In this document: in pieces, positions 1-9,897 of the stretch | Position numbering within the stretch: the first letter of the stretch is position 1 | Layout: every line of letters begins with the position of its first letter | Source: a virus | Taxonomy: Duplodnaviria > Caudoviricetes | IMG/VR virus record: IMGVR_UViG_3300037067_010056 | Span: 2,975 to 66,974 of that record | DNA length: 64,000 bases | Direction: 5' to 3' (one strand) | The notes under the pieces: model-generated | Databases searched by the model: none | What the model was told of the DNA's origin: nothing | The model's input: the letters and a program-made list of their open reading frames with translations, nothing else | Program-made: the position numbers and the translations under genes

Positions 1-169
1 ACCGTGATCTGTTGGCCCTTGAGCAGTATGACAACTGAGGATTCGTAAGTGGTGGACATGATTATTACTTCGTAGGGGTTATCGCTCTGACGTAGTTCTC
101 TTGGAGGCTCGTACGGAGATGGCAGACAACCAACCGCCCATCATAGAGCTCACCCATCTTATTGAGAAG

Positions 170-310
170 TTAAGCTGGGAACTCGGGGTCACCCCCACTG
201 AGTGTGTTCTCAAGGAGAGCACAAGCGGCTTCAATGACAGCTACATGTGCCCTGGCTTCGGAGATGAGGATACTCAGAGCCTCTTTTGAATCTTGCTTTT
301 TCTTTAGCAT
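170..310 (-). CDS. 46-aa hypothetical protein (MLKKKQDSKEAL...), not in ORF track
   Basis: Manual translation; ATG lies 7 nt after a class A promoter motif (318-346, minus strand). Confidence 0.55.
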   Translation of the reverse strand: MLKKKQDSKEALSILISEARAHVAVIEAACALLENTLSGGDPEFPA

Positions 311-317
311 GACCCAC

Positions 318-346
318 TATTACGCGCAAGATACCAGGATCTCAAC
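318..346 (-). promoter_or_regulatory. Class A promoter motif GTTGAGA-N14/15-GCGTAATA (first of 9 copies)
   Basis: Same bipartite motif and spacing at 5592(+), 7632(-), 10425(+), 13113(-), 28654(-), 48519(-), 53913(-), 62667(-). Confidence 0.75.
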
Positions 347-398
347 CAATTACTGGTAATTAGGCACTTAACTAACCTAGGTTCGTTGGCCCCGGCAA

Positions 399-836
399 TC
401 AAATTACCCAACCCCTCTCATATCGAGTCGGGCGTGGTCCGCTATAGGGGAGTTCAGGTTGGGGTTCTTGAACTGCTAGATAGGTGTCAACCAAGTCCAA
501 AGCGAAGTTCTCCCATACATCCTGACTAGAGAAGTCGGTCTCAAATTCTGGGGTTAGTCGAGAGAAATGGATGGTATTAGTTATAGGGTCACAGTCCCAG
601 CGCGGTCCTTCATAATAAGCAAAACCAGAACCGTCTGGTATCGGATGTGGGGTAAAGACTCTGATATGTGCCTCGAACCACACAGCCTCACTGAGGGGAG
701 CTGCTAGCACATGGATAAAAACCTTGTAGTGATTACGAGTCTGTATAAAGTGGTCAAAGTCTGGTGGGCTACGATGATCACCAGTAACGTCAATGACTCG
801 ACAGATAGGCTCAGAAAGTCGTAGTACACTAGGCAT
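399..836 (-). CDS. Hypothetical protein with C-terminal RYxRxxVI tag
   Basis: Ends PRPTRYERGWVI*. Confidence 0.8.
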   Translation of the reverse strand: MPSVLRLSEPICRVIDVTGDHRSPPDFDHFIQTRNHYKVFIHVLAAPLSEAVWFEAHIRVFTPHPIPDGSGFAYYEGPRWDCDPITNTIHFSRLTPEFETDFSSQDVWENFALDLVDTYLAVQEPQPELPYSGPRPTRYERGWVI

Positions 837-860
837 ACTTGAATCCAGGATCTCAACCAG

Positions 861-1118
861 TTACTTTACAGTCTCCACCTCAACGGGCACCGTTGTCTTT
901 CCAAGATTCTTTCTCCACATAGCCTCACCTCGCGCATCTATGTAGTAGATGTAAGTACCGTTGTCATAGAACCGATAGACCTTAATCCCATCATGCTCTA
1001 ATAACAAAGAGACCTGAACGTCCGGATTGTTCGTCGAAGTCGTACTAACTGGATCTTTTGAGCACGAAAGTAGAGCGATACTTAGTACCGCGAGCCAAAT
1101 TCCTTTTGTCTTGAACAT
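861..1118 (-). CDS. Putative lipoprotein (DUF4884-like)
   Basis: Lipobox LLSC; LLEHDGIKVYRFYD motif; start moved to 1118, 9 nt after GGTGTA. Confidence 0.65.
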   Translation of the reverse strand: MFKTKGIWLAVLSIALLSCSKDPVSTTSTNNPDVQVSLLLEHDGIKVYRFYDNGTYIYYIDARGEAMWRKNLGKTTVPVEVETVK

Positions 1119-1186
1119 GAGCTGCATTACACCTAGACCACTTTTTCAACAAATTAAACCAGAATTGGTGTAACCATACCAACGTA

Positions 1187-1492
1187 ATGCCCGAACCAAT
1201 TCAAGAATTGAGATCCGCCAAGTCAAAGCTCCGAGCCTACGAACTCCTCGAAGCCAAGATCCTCCTTCTCCTGTCCAAGGGCGACCGGACCCACGAAGCT
1301 CTGTTTGCAGTCCTCTGCCCAACCCAAGAGGTTCAGTTTCTAGTGCGTTGTGACTCAAATGAATCAAGCCCAAAGCAAATCACCTACCGGACTTTAGGCT
1401 CACTAGTCAATAAGGGCCTCATCGAGCCTTCCAAGGGACAAACCCCAGCCATCGCCCTCATTGAGGAACTCCGTACCCTAATAGAGCCATGA
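1187..1492 (+). CDS. Hypothetical protein
   Basis: ATG start after GGTGTA; overlaps the next gene. Confidence 0.7.
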   Translation: MPEPIQELRSAKSKLRAYELLEAKILLLLSKGDRTHEALFAVLCPTQEVQFLVRCDSNESSPKQITYRTLGSLVNKGLIEPSKGQTPAIALIEELRTLIEP

Positions 1493-1755
1493 AAGCAACT
1501 GATGTTTACGCATACAACTATGCCAAAGTAGGGGATAAGTTCCTGAGTTTTCAAGTTCGAGAAATCAAGGAACACGTTGTCGTAGAGGTTACACCCACTA
1601 CAGTTCGCCTCGAGAACGGTGTGATCCTGTCCCGCATTACTGGCAAGATTGCTGGCTACAGCAATGGAGCTCTTCGATTCATGCCTAGCTACTTCCCAGC
1701 CACCAAACTCAATCTAGAACGAGCCGAACGCATGCGCCAAGGCAAGACCCGGTAG
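1489..1755 (+). CDS. Hypothetical protein
   Basis: ATGA overlap with the upstream gene. Confidence 0.7.
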   Translation: MKATDVYAYNYAKVGDKFLSFQVREIKEHVVVEVTPTTVRLENGVILSRITGKIAGYSNGALRFMPSYFPATKLNLERAERMRQGKTR

Positions 1756-1759
1756 CCCC

Positions 1760-1978
1760 ATGTCCAGAGGAAAAAACTACCGAAATCGCCCCCAAGAAGA
1801 GTGGATCTCCACCCATGTAAGCGTCGGACTGAATACCCAGGATACCCACCACCTCCGAGAAGCTTGCATCGCCACCGGTACCAATGGCGTGGAGGTGCTC
1901 CGAAGAGCTCTACGCTACTTCGTCGCCAATGGATGCCCACCCCAAGAGCCCCCTCAGTCCGACAAACCCGCGGTGTAA
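1760..1978 (+). CDS. Small DNA-binding protein, ribbon-helix-helix-like
   Basis: VSVGL strand followed by two helices (EVLRRALRYFV). Confidence 0.5.
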   Translation: MSRGKNYRNRPQEEWISTHVSVGLNTQDTHHLREACIATGTNGVEVLRRALRYFVANGCPPQEPPQSDKPAV

Positions 1979-2170
1979 TCAAACTGTGGCCGCTAAGTAT
2001 GATAAATCTTACATGTACCTCATCAACGCTATCCGAAGCGTTCTCGGCCTTGGCCCCATCCCAGGGACCGTGGAAGATACACCCGACCTCAGCTGGGATG
2101 CTTGGCCCGCTGAGTGATCTACCATAAGATACCGAGTGCTTTTCTAGGTATCATTTGATATTGTGCTCAA

Positions 2171-2362
2171 ATGCCAACCGAACAAGAAGTCAGACCAGCA
2201 CCCGATGGTCTATACGGAGTCTTCTGCGAACCAAAGGGTCACAAGCACGACCCTACCTGGACCAATTTCAAACCCAACTCCTACGAGGCCGCCGTAGCCG
2301 AAGCTGACTTCATGAACCGCTCCAACCACGCGTGGCATTACTACGCAAAACCTATCAGGTAA
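2171..2362 (+). CDS. Hypothetical protein
   Basis: ATG ORF in a co-directional run. Confidence 0.65.
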   Translation: MPTEQEVRPAPDGLYGVFCEPKGHKHDPTWTNFKPNSYEAAVAEADFMNRSNHAWHYYAKPIR

Positions 2363-2367
2363 GTCCA

Positions 2368-3102
2368 ATGCTCGGCATAGAGAAAGCCTTCATTCAAGCC
2401 AACATCGAAACCGGACTTCCACTCGACGAGACCGCCTTCGCTGTCTGGAGCGGCTGCAGAGTATTGGACATCAAGCCGGTCCTGTATAAGTGGACCCGAG
2501 ACATCGAAGGCGAGTTGACCAAGAACACCCTCGTCCACGGTGGTGTCCCCCATGTCCTGGCAGCCCTGAGACTACTCGAGGTCCCTATCCCTACCGTCTC
2601 AGACTACCCCACCCCCTTGTTCAAATTCCTGGGTCGACATGTCATAGCCACGACTATTGGGTACCTCCGGAACCGAACAACCTCCCTCCCTGTCTTCGTC
2701 AAGCCTAGAGGCGGAACCAAACTATTCAACGGTTTCATCTACACTGGAAGCATCGAAGACCAGATCCGTCTGAACACCTTCGAGAACGATACCCTCACCT
2801 GGGAATCCCAGGTCGTCAACTTCGTCTCCGAGTACCGTGTCCTCATCCACCAAGGACTCATCTTCGCATGTCGGCACTACAAGGGAGATTGCTCCGTCTT
2901 CCCCAACATGGATGTGGCCACCCAAGCTATCCAGCGCTTCAAGGACGCGCCTGTCGGGTACTCCCTCGACCTTGGTGTCACCGATGACGGTCGAACCCTC
3001 CTCGTCGAAGTCAACGACGCCTGGGCACTAGGAGCCTACGGAACCCCAAGCATCCCGTACACAGAGATGATCGTCAACCGCTGGAAAGAGATGGTCAGTT
3101 AG
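2368..3102 (+). CDS. ATP-grasp protein (R2K clade/DUF4343-like)
   Basis: PVFVKP, SEYRVLI, YSLDLGVTDDGRTLLVEVND motifs. Confidence 0.8.
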   Translation: MLGIEKAFIQANIETGLPLDETAFAVWSGCRVLDIKPVLYKWTRDIEGELTKNTLVHGGVPHVLAALRLLEVPIPTVSDYPTPLFKFLGRHVIATTIGYLRNRTTSLPVFVKPRGGTKLFNGFIYTGSIEDQIRLNTFENDTLTWESQVVNFVSEYRVLIHQGLIFACRHYKGDCSVFPNMDVATQAIQRFKDAPVGYSLDLGVTDDGRTLLVEVNDAWALGAYGTPSIPYTEMIVNRWKEMVS

Positions 3103-3317
3103 CCCTTAGCCAAACCACCCGGAGTCTCCGGGTCCCCGTGGCGCTCAATCCTAATCCCGTACTTGCACGTGGAAAGGATCTCTCCCCCGAGTACCCTCTG
3201 GACCACCTGAATGTACTCGAATGAGGTCAGGTCATGCTTCTTCCCTAGCTCTAGTAACGCTTGACGAAGATCAATCTCAGCTGCCCGAACCAGCTTCTCT
3301 CGTTCATGGAGCTTCAT
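3099..3317 (-). CDS. Hypothetical protein
   Basis: Part of an overlapping minus-strand operon. Confidence 0.65.
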   Translation of the reverse strand: MKLHEREKLVRAAEIDLRQALLELGKKHDLTSFEYIQVVQRVLGGEILSTCKYGIRIERHGDPETPGGLAKG

Positions 3318-3520
3318 GTCTTCTCTACCTGGGCTTCAAGGTTTGATCTACTATGACCACCATTGAGCACAAAACTTAGACCACAAGCATCGTCACAGAA
3401 CTGACCTACTTCAGCTAGAAGGGTGAGGCATGGGGTTTTACCACAGTAACTACAAGGAGCATCCTCACTATGCTCCCAACACTGGCCGGTAGTTGCACAA
3501 GCGTTCTCTGGGATACACAT
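3314..3520 (-). CDS. Cys-rich small protein
   Basis: Several CxxC motifs; overlaps neighbour. Confidence 0.55.
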   Translation of the reverse strand: MCIPENACATTGQCWEHSEDAPCSYCGKTPCLTLLAEVGQFCDDACGLSFVLNGGHSRSNLEAQVEKT

Positions 3521-3531
3521 ATTAACCCCCT

Positions 3532-3726
3532 TCAGGAGCTTTTCTCAAACTTGCACGGACAAGGACGAGACCCACCATTGACGCTGATGTCCACCCCTGA
3601 ACCACCACAAACAAGACACCTCCCCTCACACGAACACGGATCAACCCTGAGTACAGTCCCCTCCAACTCAGAGGTCAGATCAGAACCACAGTTCGAACAC
3701 TTCAGATCTAAAGTCAAAACTAGCAT
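3532..3726 (-). CDS. Zn-finger-like small protein
   Basis: CSNC, CLVCGG, CPC motifs. Confidence 0.55.
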   Translation of the reverse strand: MLVLTLDLKCSNCGSDLTSELEGTVLRVDPCSCEGRCLVCGGSGVDISVNGGSRPCPCKFEKSS

Positions 3727-3727
3727 A

Positions 3728-4018
3728 CTAGATCACCGGCTCCCTATTGTAGCGAGAAACTCTTTTCACTGGAGATGATATCTTCGGTACAAAGTCTGGA
3801 CAAATCTCCCAGTCGTTCTCCCAGTCGTTCTCTATGAAGTCGTCCACATAAGGGTTCCACTTCTTGGTGATGTCATCCTTGCCCAACACTTCGAAGTGAA
3901 CCGTCAAGGTTATGAATTGGTCCCCCTCCTTGTACGAGATGGAGGCCCCGCGCCTCCAAGCCCTCCGACGTACCCTCTTCCCAGAGAGCATCAGTACCTT
4001 GGCCTCCTCGAAGTTCAT
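3728..4018 (-). CDS. DUF2829/Tad2-like protein with C-terminal tag
   Basis: MNFEEA..SGKRVRRRAW...NDWE; ends RVSRYNREPVI*. Confidence 0.65.
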   Translation of the reverse strand: MNFEEAKVLMLSGKRVRRRAWRRGASISYKEGDQFITLTVHFEVLGKDDITKKWNPYVDDFIENDWENDWEICPDFVPKISSPVKRVSRYNREPVI

Positions 4019-4293
4019 ATCACTGGTTCCCTAGCGTATCGAGAAATCCGCTTCACCGGAGGCTTCATGACTAGTGGACTTTGATCAGGAAGGTCAAAAC
4101 CAAGAACATGAAACCGGTACGCATCCACTACATCACAGGCGAGCGCTTCAGCGAAGTTCACCATGGATACAACCCCCAGTACCACCCCTACTCCACTAAC
4201 AGTCCTAGTCAACGCTGAATATCTTGGTGTCGGTATCTGCCCTATCCAACAACGCCACATCGGAGTCATGGTCAGTACCGCAAGTGCACCCAT
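4015..4293 (-). CDS. Hypothetical membrane protein with C-terminal tag
   Basis: Hydrophobic segment; ends RISRYAREPVI*; start uncertain. Confidence 0.7.
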   Translation of the reverse strand: MGALAVLTMTPMWRCWIGQIPTPRYSALTRTVSGVGVVLGVVSMVNFAEALACDVVDAYRFHVLGFDLPDQSPLVMKPPVKRISRYAREPVI

Positions 4294-4537
4294 TAACCGT
4301 CAAAGAACTACAAGAGGTGCTAGAGTTTACTACAATGGTCCCATCTTGGTTGACGTTCACCACTTGATTGGCTATCGCCGGACAATCTCCGGACTCAATC
4401 GAATATGTGCACAAATAGGAAGCCCCAGGCGTTGCACAGGGGTTGGCCGGCATATCTTTTACCCCAGAACCACCCCCACCCCCGGTACCAGAACAACCAA
4501 GAACCATAGCTAGAATAACTGAAAGTTGAATCTTCAT
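4205..4537 (-). CDS. Cys-rich putative lipoprotein
   Basis: Signal peptide with lipobox VLGC, Gly linker, several Cys. Confidence 0.65.
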   Translation of the reverse strand: MKIQLSVILAMVLGCSGTGGGGGSGVKDMPANPCATPGASYLCTYSIESGDCPAIANQVVNVNQDGTIVVNSSTSCSSLTVNGCTCGTDHDSDVALLDRADTDTKIFSVD

Positions 4538-4604
4538 AGCCAGAGAGTATACAATAAAGGACTAATATCCTCAAGTCCCAAGTTAGGATTGTCCTAGGGA
4601 GTAG

Positions 4605-4943
4605 TCACTCCCGCTCCAAGTACCTCCAACCCCAACGACCCCAAGGACGAGGATACTCCGGCCTACTCGTCCAGCTCGGATAGACCGCATAGCGCGCCCG
4701 GTCAGGTACGTCCTTCCCATCAACCGTCGTCATCACCTTGACCACCACAGCTCTCTCTTCCTGAGGAAGCTCAAAGCCCGGACCGTCTGACCACAACCAG
4801 TCAACCAAGGGCACGTACTTGTGCACCCTCCCGCCTGTCGTCTCCCACGATACCGGCGCCTCCGTTCGAGCATCCAATAAACGCCCGTCAGGAGCTAGGT
4901 GCGCATAAAGAATCGGTAGTTGATTCAATGGGTCAATCGGCAT
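4605..4943 (-). CDS. Hypothetical protein
   Basis: ATG 10 nt after GGTGTA (4954-4959, minus strand). Confidence 0.65.
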   Translation of the reverse strand: MPIDPLNQLPILYAHLAPDGRLLDARTEAPVSWETTGGRVHKYVPLVDWLWSDGPGFELPQEERAVVVKVMTTVDGKDVPDRARYAVYPSWTSRPEYPRPWGRWGWRYLERE

Positions 4944-5013
4944 GCACCCTGGATACACCAAAGACCACCCGATAGTTGAATCCAATCCCAACAGAGCGTA
5001 CCATCCAACCCCA

Positions 5014-5223
5014 ATGACCCACCTCCCTCAGTGGCTAACCATCACCCTCCTCGTAGTGTCTGCCCTAGCCATACCCTCCGGTCTCTTCCTGGCTCACCTC
5101 AAAAACACCCGTGACTTCAAACGGTTAGGATTGTCAGGCAAGGACCTTCGAGCCCTGTACTGCTTCTACTTCCTCGGCAAAGGTCAACCGCCCAAGCCCA
5201 TCACCACCCCTGCTCAGGAGTGA
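5014..5223 (+). CDS. Small membrane protein
   Basis: One hydrophobic helix (LTITLLVVSALAI). Confidence 0.55.
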   Translation: MTHLPQWLTITLLVVSALAIPSGLFLAHLKNTRDFKRLGLSGKDLRALYCFYFLGKGQPPKPITTPAQE

Positions 5224-5518
5224 GCTTGTCTGCCCTCTCATACACGAACACCGTGTCCAATCGACCCTTGGGGTGCTGAGCCCGGGTCGCATCATTCCCA
5301 AGAGTGATGACCTTCCCCCGCTTCGCCCCAACATACTTGGACGATGCCTTGACCTCTATCTTTAGCTTCGACCCGACCACGCCAGCTGGCCTGGTCGGGT
5401 CCTTCCTCTCCGGAACTACCTCCACGACTACCCCAATGCCCAAGTACCCCGCAAAAGACGTCACCGAGTACGCCACCTTGTCCCCTACCCGTATCACTTG
5501 CCCCATCAGGTCCTTCAT
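5201..5518 (-). CDS. SH3/KOW-like hypothetical protein, paralogue of 38294-38749
   Basis: DLMGQVIRVGDKVAY vs DKLGQDIRVGSYIAY; ATG 9 nt after GGTGTA. Confidence 0.65.
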   Translation of the reverse strand: MKDLMGQVIRVGDKVAYSVTSFAGYLGIGVVVEVVPERKDPTRPAGVVGSKLKIEVKASSKYVGAKRGKVITLGNDATRAQHPKGRLDTVFVYERADKLTPEQGW

Positions 5519-5622
5519 GGTCAGTGGTACACCACGTCGGTCTCCACACGGGGTCAAAACGAACCGATGGCCTAATCTGGGTCAGAAAGTAGTTGAGTTC
5601 CGAGTAGACTCGCGCGTAATAC

Positions 5623-6135
5623 TTGGCAAGGGATCAACCGATGAAGTCACCTGGCAAAACCCACCTAGACCAACTCCTTAAGCTGGCTTCCAAAAACGCC
5701 ATCAACTCAGAAGTCGTCACCTGGCTTCAACGAAAGATGGACGAGGAGATCGTCTTCCCGCCACGCCAAGTCACCCTGGAAGCCCTCGACAGACTCATCC
5801 AAATGACCTCGGATGAGGTCGGATACCACGGTGGAACCCATGCTGAGGAAGTCTGCGAGCTGATCTTCGGCCAAGGTGACGACTCGGGCATGCTCCTCGA
5901 CATAGTCACCCTCGCTCGAATTGCTTTAGTCCACCTCCGAGGAACAAGCTTCCTGGTCCACGAAGTCTCGAAACAAGAGGAACCCCAGAAGAGCCTCGAA
6001 GAACTCAAAGAAGAGCTAGAGAAGGTCACCCAACAACTGCAATCCGCAGATTACTCCAAGAATACAACGAGCTTGGAAGTTCGCAGAGAAGAATTGGAGA
6101 ACGAGATCTCTGGGAGAGAAGGGCTACAGACATGA
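5623..6135 (+). CDS. Hypothetical protein with C-terminal coiled coil
   Basis: Follows a class A promoter motif; start uncertain (5623 or 5641). Confidence 0.7.
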   Translation: MARDQPMKSPGKTHLDQLLKLASKNAINSEVVTWLQRKMDEEIVFPPRQVTLEALDRLIQMTSDEVGYHGGTHAEEVCELIFGQGDDSGMLLDIVTLARIALVHLRGTSFLVHEVSKQEEPQKSLEELKEELEKVTQQLQSADYSKNTTSLEVRREELENEISGREGLQT

Positions 6136-6338
6136 AGACCATCCTAGTACCCATCAAGGTTCCGAACTGGCTGTACCGATTGGTCAAAGGCCTTCGCCGG
6201 TGCCCTTGCGGCCATGAGTGGCTACGCTACCAGTACCCGTCCTGCCCCATGTGCCGACTCAACACCATCAACCAACTGGTAGGTGAAGGCAACTGGGATG
6301 GCCTACGAGCCATCCCAAGTAAGGGTTGGAGATGGTGA
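6132..6338 (+). CDS. Small Zn-finger-like protein
   Basis: CPCGH...CPMC; ATGA overlap. Confidence 0.6.
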   Translation: MKTILVPIKVPNWLYRLVKGLRRCPCGHEWLRYQYPSCPMCRLNTINQLVGEGNWDGLRAIPSKGWRW

Positions 6339-6599
6339 AAAACAGGACTGTGGATACCAAAGTGCACATTTGGCAGTTGTAGCTAGGTGCCTTCCCAGGG
6401 GTCGTGTGGATAAGCCTTGACGTCCTGCAACCCATGAACCTTGCAGTACCGCTTGCCCTCGTCCTGAGCCCTTAGGTAAGCTTCCAGGGTCATACCTTGC
6501 CTGGTTGCAGCCTGCTTCAAGTACCGTAACTCAACCATCTAAGCCAATCACACTACCCTGGAATTACGGCCTTGTCAGAAAAATAACCGAGCCATAGAA

Positions 6600-7110
6600 A
6601 ATTTAAGGTCCAGGACCCTACTTTTGGGTCCCCTTTCATAGGGGGTGGGGGTCTGTTCGTACTCTTTCCCTGTCAATCACCGCGCCGAAGGCGCCCTGAG
6701 GGAACCCCGGAAATACCCTCCAGCGGTATAACAATCGTACGTGATCTGAATACGCCACGTAACCCCTGTCCGGACGACCGAAAAAGATAATGAATCGAAT
6801 TTACACTGTACACACAACCCACACCTAACAGGCGCTTCGCGCAGGTTAGGTGCACACTAATCACACAGTACACTGTGTTAACACTTACTAGTGCACTACC
6901 CACTCACACAATATACTGAAGATATGAGTGAGTGTGCACACAACTACCAGGCATAACGGGCGATGAGGTAGGTGAGCAGCACAAGAGTACGTGAGTATGA
7001 GCACTTATGGTGTACTGGGGGCATACTCATGACGTACCAAGAGCCGGGCGCGGAGCGCCATGCTTAGGTAGGTCAGTGGTACAGATAGACCAAGGGCGTC
7101 ACAACCCACT
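6600..7110. other. Non-coding palindrome-rich region A (candidate origin or control region)
   Basis: No credible ORF; several inverted repeats; shares 12- and 14-bp motifs in inverted order with 13200-13700. Confidence 0.45.
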
Positions 7111-7149
7111 AGGGTCATGACGCCCAACTTCATTGTAGGCAGAGTACGC

Positions 7150-7437
7150 TTACCAGGTCTTGACGCGTACGACCCAGCTCTTGGAGTCGAGCCAAGCGCG
7201 GAGAGCTTCCCAGGAGCCGGGGGCGTTTGGGAGATCGTCGAACATCATCTGGTAGACGTCGTCGAAGGTAAAGTCTCTGGGCGTGACTCGTCCCCTCCCA
7301 TCCGTGTCGTGTATCTTGAGAGGGGGTTGGGGGCTCGACAAGTCGAGGATACCATCGGGGGTCCGCTTCTCCAGGATGACTCTCTGTCTACCGATGAAGG
7401 GCTGAGCGTTGTTCTCGGTCGTAGGGTTCAGGGTCAT
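7150..7437 (-). CDS. Hypothetical protein
   Basis: Overlaps the upstream minus-strand gene. Confidence 0.65.
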   Translation of the reverse strand: MTLNPTTENNAQPFIGRQRVILEKRTPDGILDLSSPQPPLKIHDTDGRGRVTPRDFTFDDVYQMMFDDLPNAPGSWEALRAWLDSKSWVVRVKTW

Positions 7438-7625
7438 GATCGCTTCACTTGAAAGACGTGCTCGGGGTTATAGTGGGCGTAGTCTACCGTGGCGATCTCT
7501 ACGTCACGCTCCGTGGCTGTAACGCGTGTCACCGTCTCCCACCCATGGTAGTTCATGATACTTACCTCTATCTGGTCCCCCACCTGGATGTCCTTGGCTT
7601 TGACTCTTATGATGTTCGATTCCAT
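7434..7625 (-). CDS. Hypothetical protein (MESNII...)
   Basis: ATG 6 nt after class A motif 7632-7661. Confidence 0.7.
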   Translation of the reverse strand: MESNIIRVKAKDIQVGDQIEVSIMNYHGWETVTRVTATERDVEIATVDYAHYNPEHVFQVKRS

Positions 7626-7762
7626 GACTCGTATTACGCGCGAGTAGGTCCGGATCTCAACAGGCATTAAAAGGAGAGACCTCCGAAGGCGTCATTGTGA
7701 GGTAACGCAAGAGGGAGCGTACATCAAGCCAGGACGAAGGTCAACAGGCATTAAAGGGAACG

Positions 7763-7790
7763 GCCCTCTTCAGCGCCAACTGAAGAGGGC
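7763..7790. terminator. Hairpin, terminator or operator
   Basis: GCCCTCTTCAG / CTGAAGAGGGC, 11-bp perfect stem. Confidence 0.45.
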
Positions 7791-7893
7791 TGCTCAACCC
7801 ATCCACGAAAGGACACAATCAGAACGAACCAGTACGAGGTAGAGAGTACACCATCTTGGGGCGTGGATCAAGGATTTTGGTGTACTCTGGCTC

Positions 7894-8394
7894 GTGGTCC
7901 CCAAGAAACTATGTCCTGGATGCGGCACTGAGAAGCCGGCCAACATCAAGTACTTCATCCGTAGCCCGAGGTACGAAGACAACCTGAAGCCCCTGTGCAT
8001 TGAATGCACCAAGGAGGAGAGGAACGAGAAACAGCGCCCTCGTATCAGGGAGTACCATGCTACCAAGGGTAAGGAGCGCATCCGGGAGAACCCAAAGCCG
8101 TACTTCTATCGAGGGGCCAAAGGGAGTGCTAAGAAGAGAGGCATCCCGTTCAGTATCACTCTGGATGATATGCCAGAGATACCAACCCACTGCCCTGTAT
8201 TTGGGTTCCCACTAGAGATGACTCTCAAGGGGAACTCTCCACGTGCGCCTTCCCTGGATCGCATTGATACGACCAAGGGCTACGAGCCTGGCAACATCGA
8301 GTTCATCAGCTGGAGAGCCAACTACTTGAAGCGGAACGGTACTCTTGAGGAGTTCGAGCTACTCGTAGCTCACATGCGCAAGTCCGCTAAGTGA
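7894..8394 (+). CDS. HNH (His-Me finger) endonuclease with N-terminal Zn finger
   Basis: CPGC...CIEC; CPVFG...PSLDRIDTTKGYEPGNIEFISWRANYLK. Confidence 0.8.
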   Translation: MVPKKLCPGCGTEKPANIKYFIRSPRYEDNLKPLCIECTKEERNEKQRPRIREYHATKGKERIRENPKPYFYRGAKGSAKKRGIPFSITLDDMPEIPTHCPVFGFPLEMTLKGNSPRAPSLDRIDTTKGYEPGNIEFISWRANYLKRNGTLEEFELLVAHMRKSAK

Positions 8395-8862
8395 AGTAAT
8401 ACATGTAGTTATAGAGGCTGCTCATAACGGTACCGGCGTGAAAGTATATAAAAACTACATGTGGTTATTGTATTCGTTGGTGCCGGTACCGCTTTGAACG
8501 TGTTGTATAACTACATGTGCGCAAAGTACACGGATATAACGGTACTAATATCAAGTTGATACTTGCACACATGAGCGGCTACTCAAACCCCTCAGAGTAT
8601 TGTAACTGCTACTCGTGCCATAAAACGTGCCAGTATGAGAACCTCGAACTGAAGGGTCATGTGGGCCTATTGACGACCCTAACTGAGATACCTCGGTGGC
8701 GAGTGCAAATCTTTCAGTGTTACGTTCTTGCAACAACATGGCTAGCCATGTATCGTCACGGGTGTTCAGTTCACCAAGTATTGCGGGCAGTTCAAGTTGA
8801 TTGACAACTGGACTAAGTACTGGTAATTGTTGGTAACCTCTATTCCCCATACCCCTCCACTA

Positions 8863-9372
8863 ATGAATAACCGTTCAGTACGTCGCAACGCAGTACTCAA
8901 TCTGAGCAACACCCCAGAGAGCTTCGTGATCCTGCAGGAGCTATTCAACGATTCCAAGGGCAAAAGTGAGGGCAGGATCAAGTGTACCATCACGAAACAC
9001 AGGGTAGCCAAGACTGCGATACTACTTGGGATTGAAGTCCTTCTGAAGCGGTCTCCGAGTATCGCTCTGAAGCTCATCAATACTTGGGCACCCGTCCGGA
9101 AGCCAGGGCGTAGAGGGCAAGACCAGGTGAAGTATACCAAGATGGAGTTGGTGCTCGAGTGCTCATCGACCCAGGGCTTGCTTGAGAGGGTGGATCAAGT
9201 GTGGAGACTCACCTCGGGAGCTGTCTCTCACCGGCGGGTAATGACTGCTTGCTTGACAATCGGGCTGGATTCGTTGAATAAGGTTGACCCAAAGAAGGTG
9301 CGCCAGCTAATCTCCAAGGTGTGCCCAGTGCCCAAGAAGTACTTTGACGGGGAGTTACAGGATTGGCTTTAG
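8863..9372 (+). CDS. Putative DNA-binding protein (possible tandem RHH)
   Basis: Basic protein with two strand-helix-helix-like units; weak assignment. Confidence 0.55.
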   Translation: MNNRSVRRNAVLNLSNTPESFVILQELFNDSKGKSEGRIKCTITKHRVAKTAILLGIEVLLKRSPSIALKLINTWAPVRKPGRRGQDQVKYTKMELVLECSSTQGLLERVDQVWRLTSGAVSHRRVMTACLTIGLDSLNKVDPKKVRQLISKVCPVPKKYFDGELQDWL

Positions 9373-9447
9373 ACTCAAACTCGACTCCAGAGCACAGTAA
9401 GTCGGTAAAACTGATATTGATCTTCTCTATGGGAGCAATGGTATTCT

Positions 9448-9897
9448 TTGGGTTCGGGATACTCGGGCCCCGAACATCTGTCTCTGCTACTGGATGAGGA
9501 GCGCCTTCCGCGTACCGTGCGAGGACGTTCCCCCTGCCTTACTGAAAGAGTGACCGTGCCTGTTGACCTGGAGGAGTTCTGGAATCAAGTGCACCCGAGC
9601 CGGCTTATACATCGGTCGGATACGCCTACTGAAGAGGTTGATGACTTCATTGCCCCAGAGCTACTCATCAAACTCATTAGTCGATTGAAGGTAATACCAG
9701 ACCAACAACAAGAGACCTTCAATAATGATGAGAAGGGCCGAACGAAGGCCAAGATCTGTGTAGTACTCTCTCAGTTGATCCTGGGAGCTAAAGAGGGTGC
9801 TGACGTTGAAGATCAGGCCTATGACCTAATGCACCTACCTACAGACTACCTGCTAAGCACTGGTGAACGGATAATCCGCCTGAAAGGCAAGAGATGA
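9448..9897 (+). CDS. Hypothetical protein
   Basis: Overlaps the next gene; start uncertain. Confidence 0.65.
   Translation: MGSGYSGPEHLSLLLDEERLPRTVRGRSPCLTERVTVPVDLEEFWNQVHPSRLIHRSDTPTEEVDDFIAPELLIKLISRLKVIPDQQQETFNNDEKGRTKAKICVVLSQLILGAKEGADVEDQAYDLMHLPTDYLLSTGERIIRLKGKR

Noticed and set aside
101-289. 62-aa plus-strand ORF
   Set aside because: TTG start, and it shadows a minus-strand ORF (170-310) that follows a class A promoter.
7657-7755. 15-bp direct repeat TCAACAGGCATTAAA (7657, 7741)
   Set aside because: Only two copies, one overlapping a class A promoter; no further structure.
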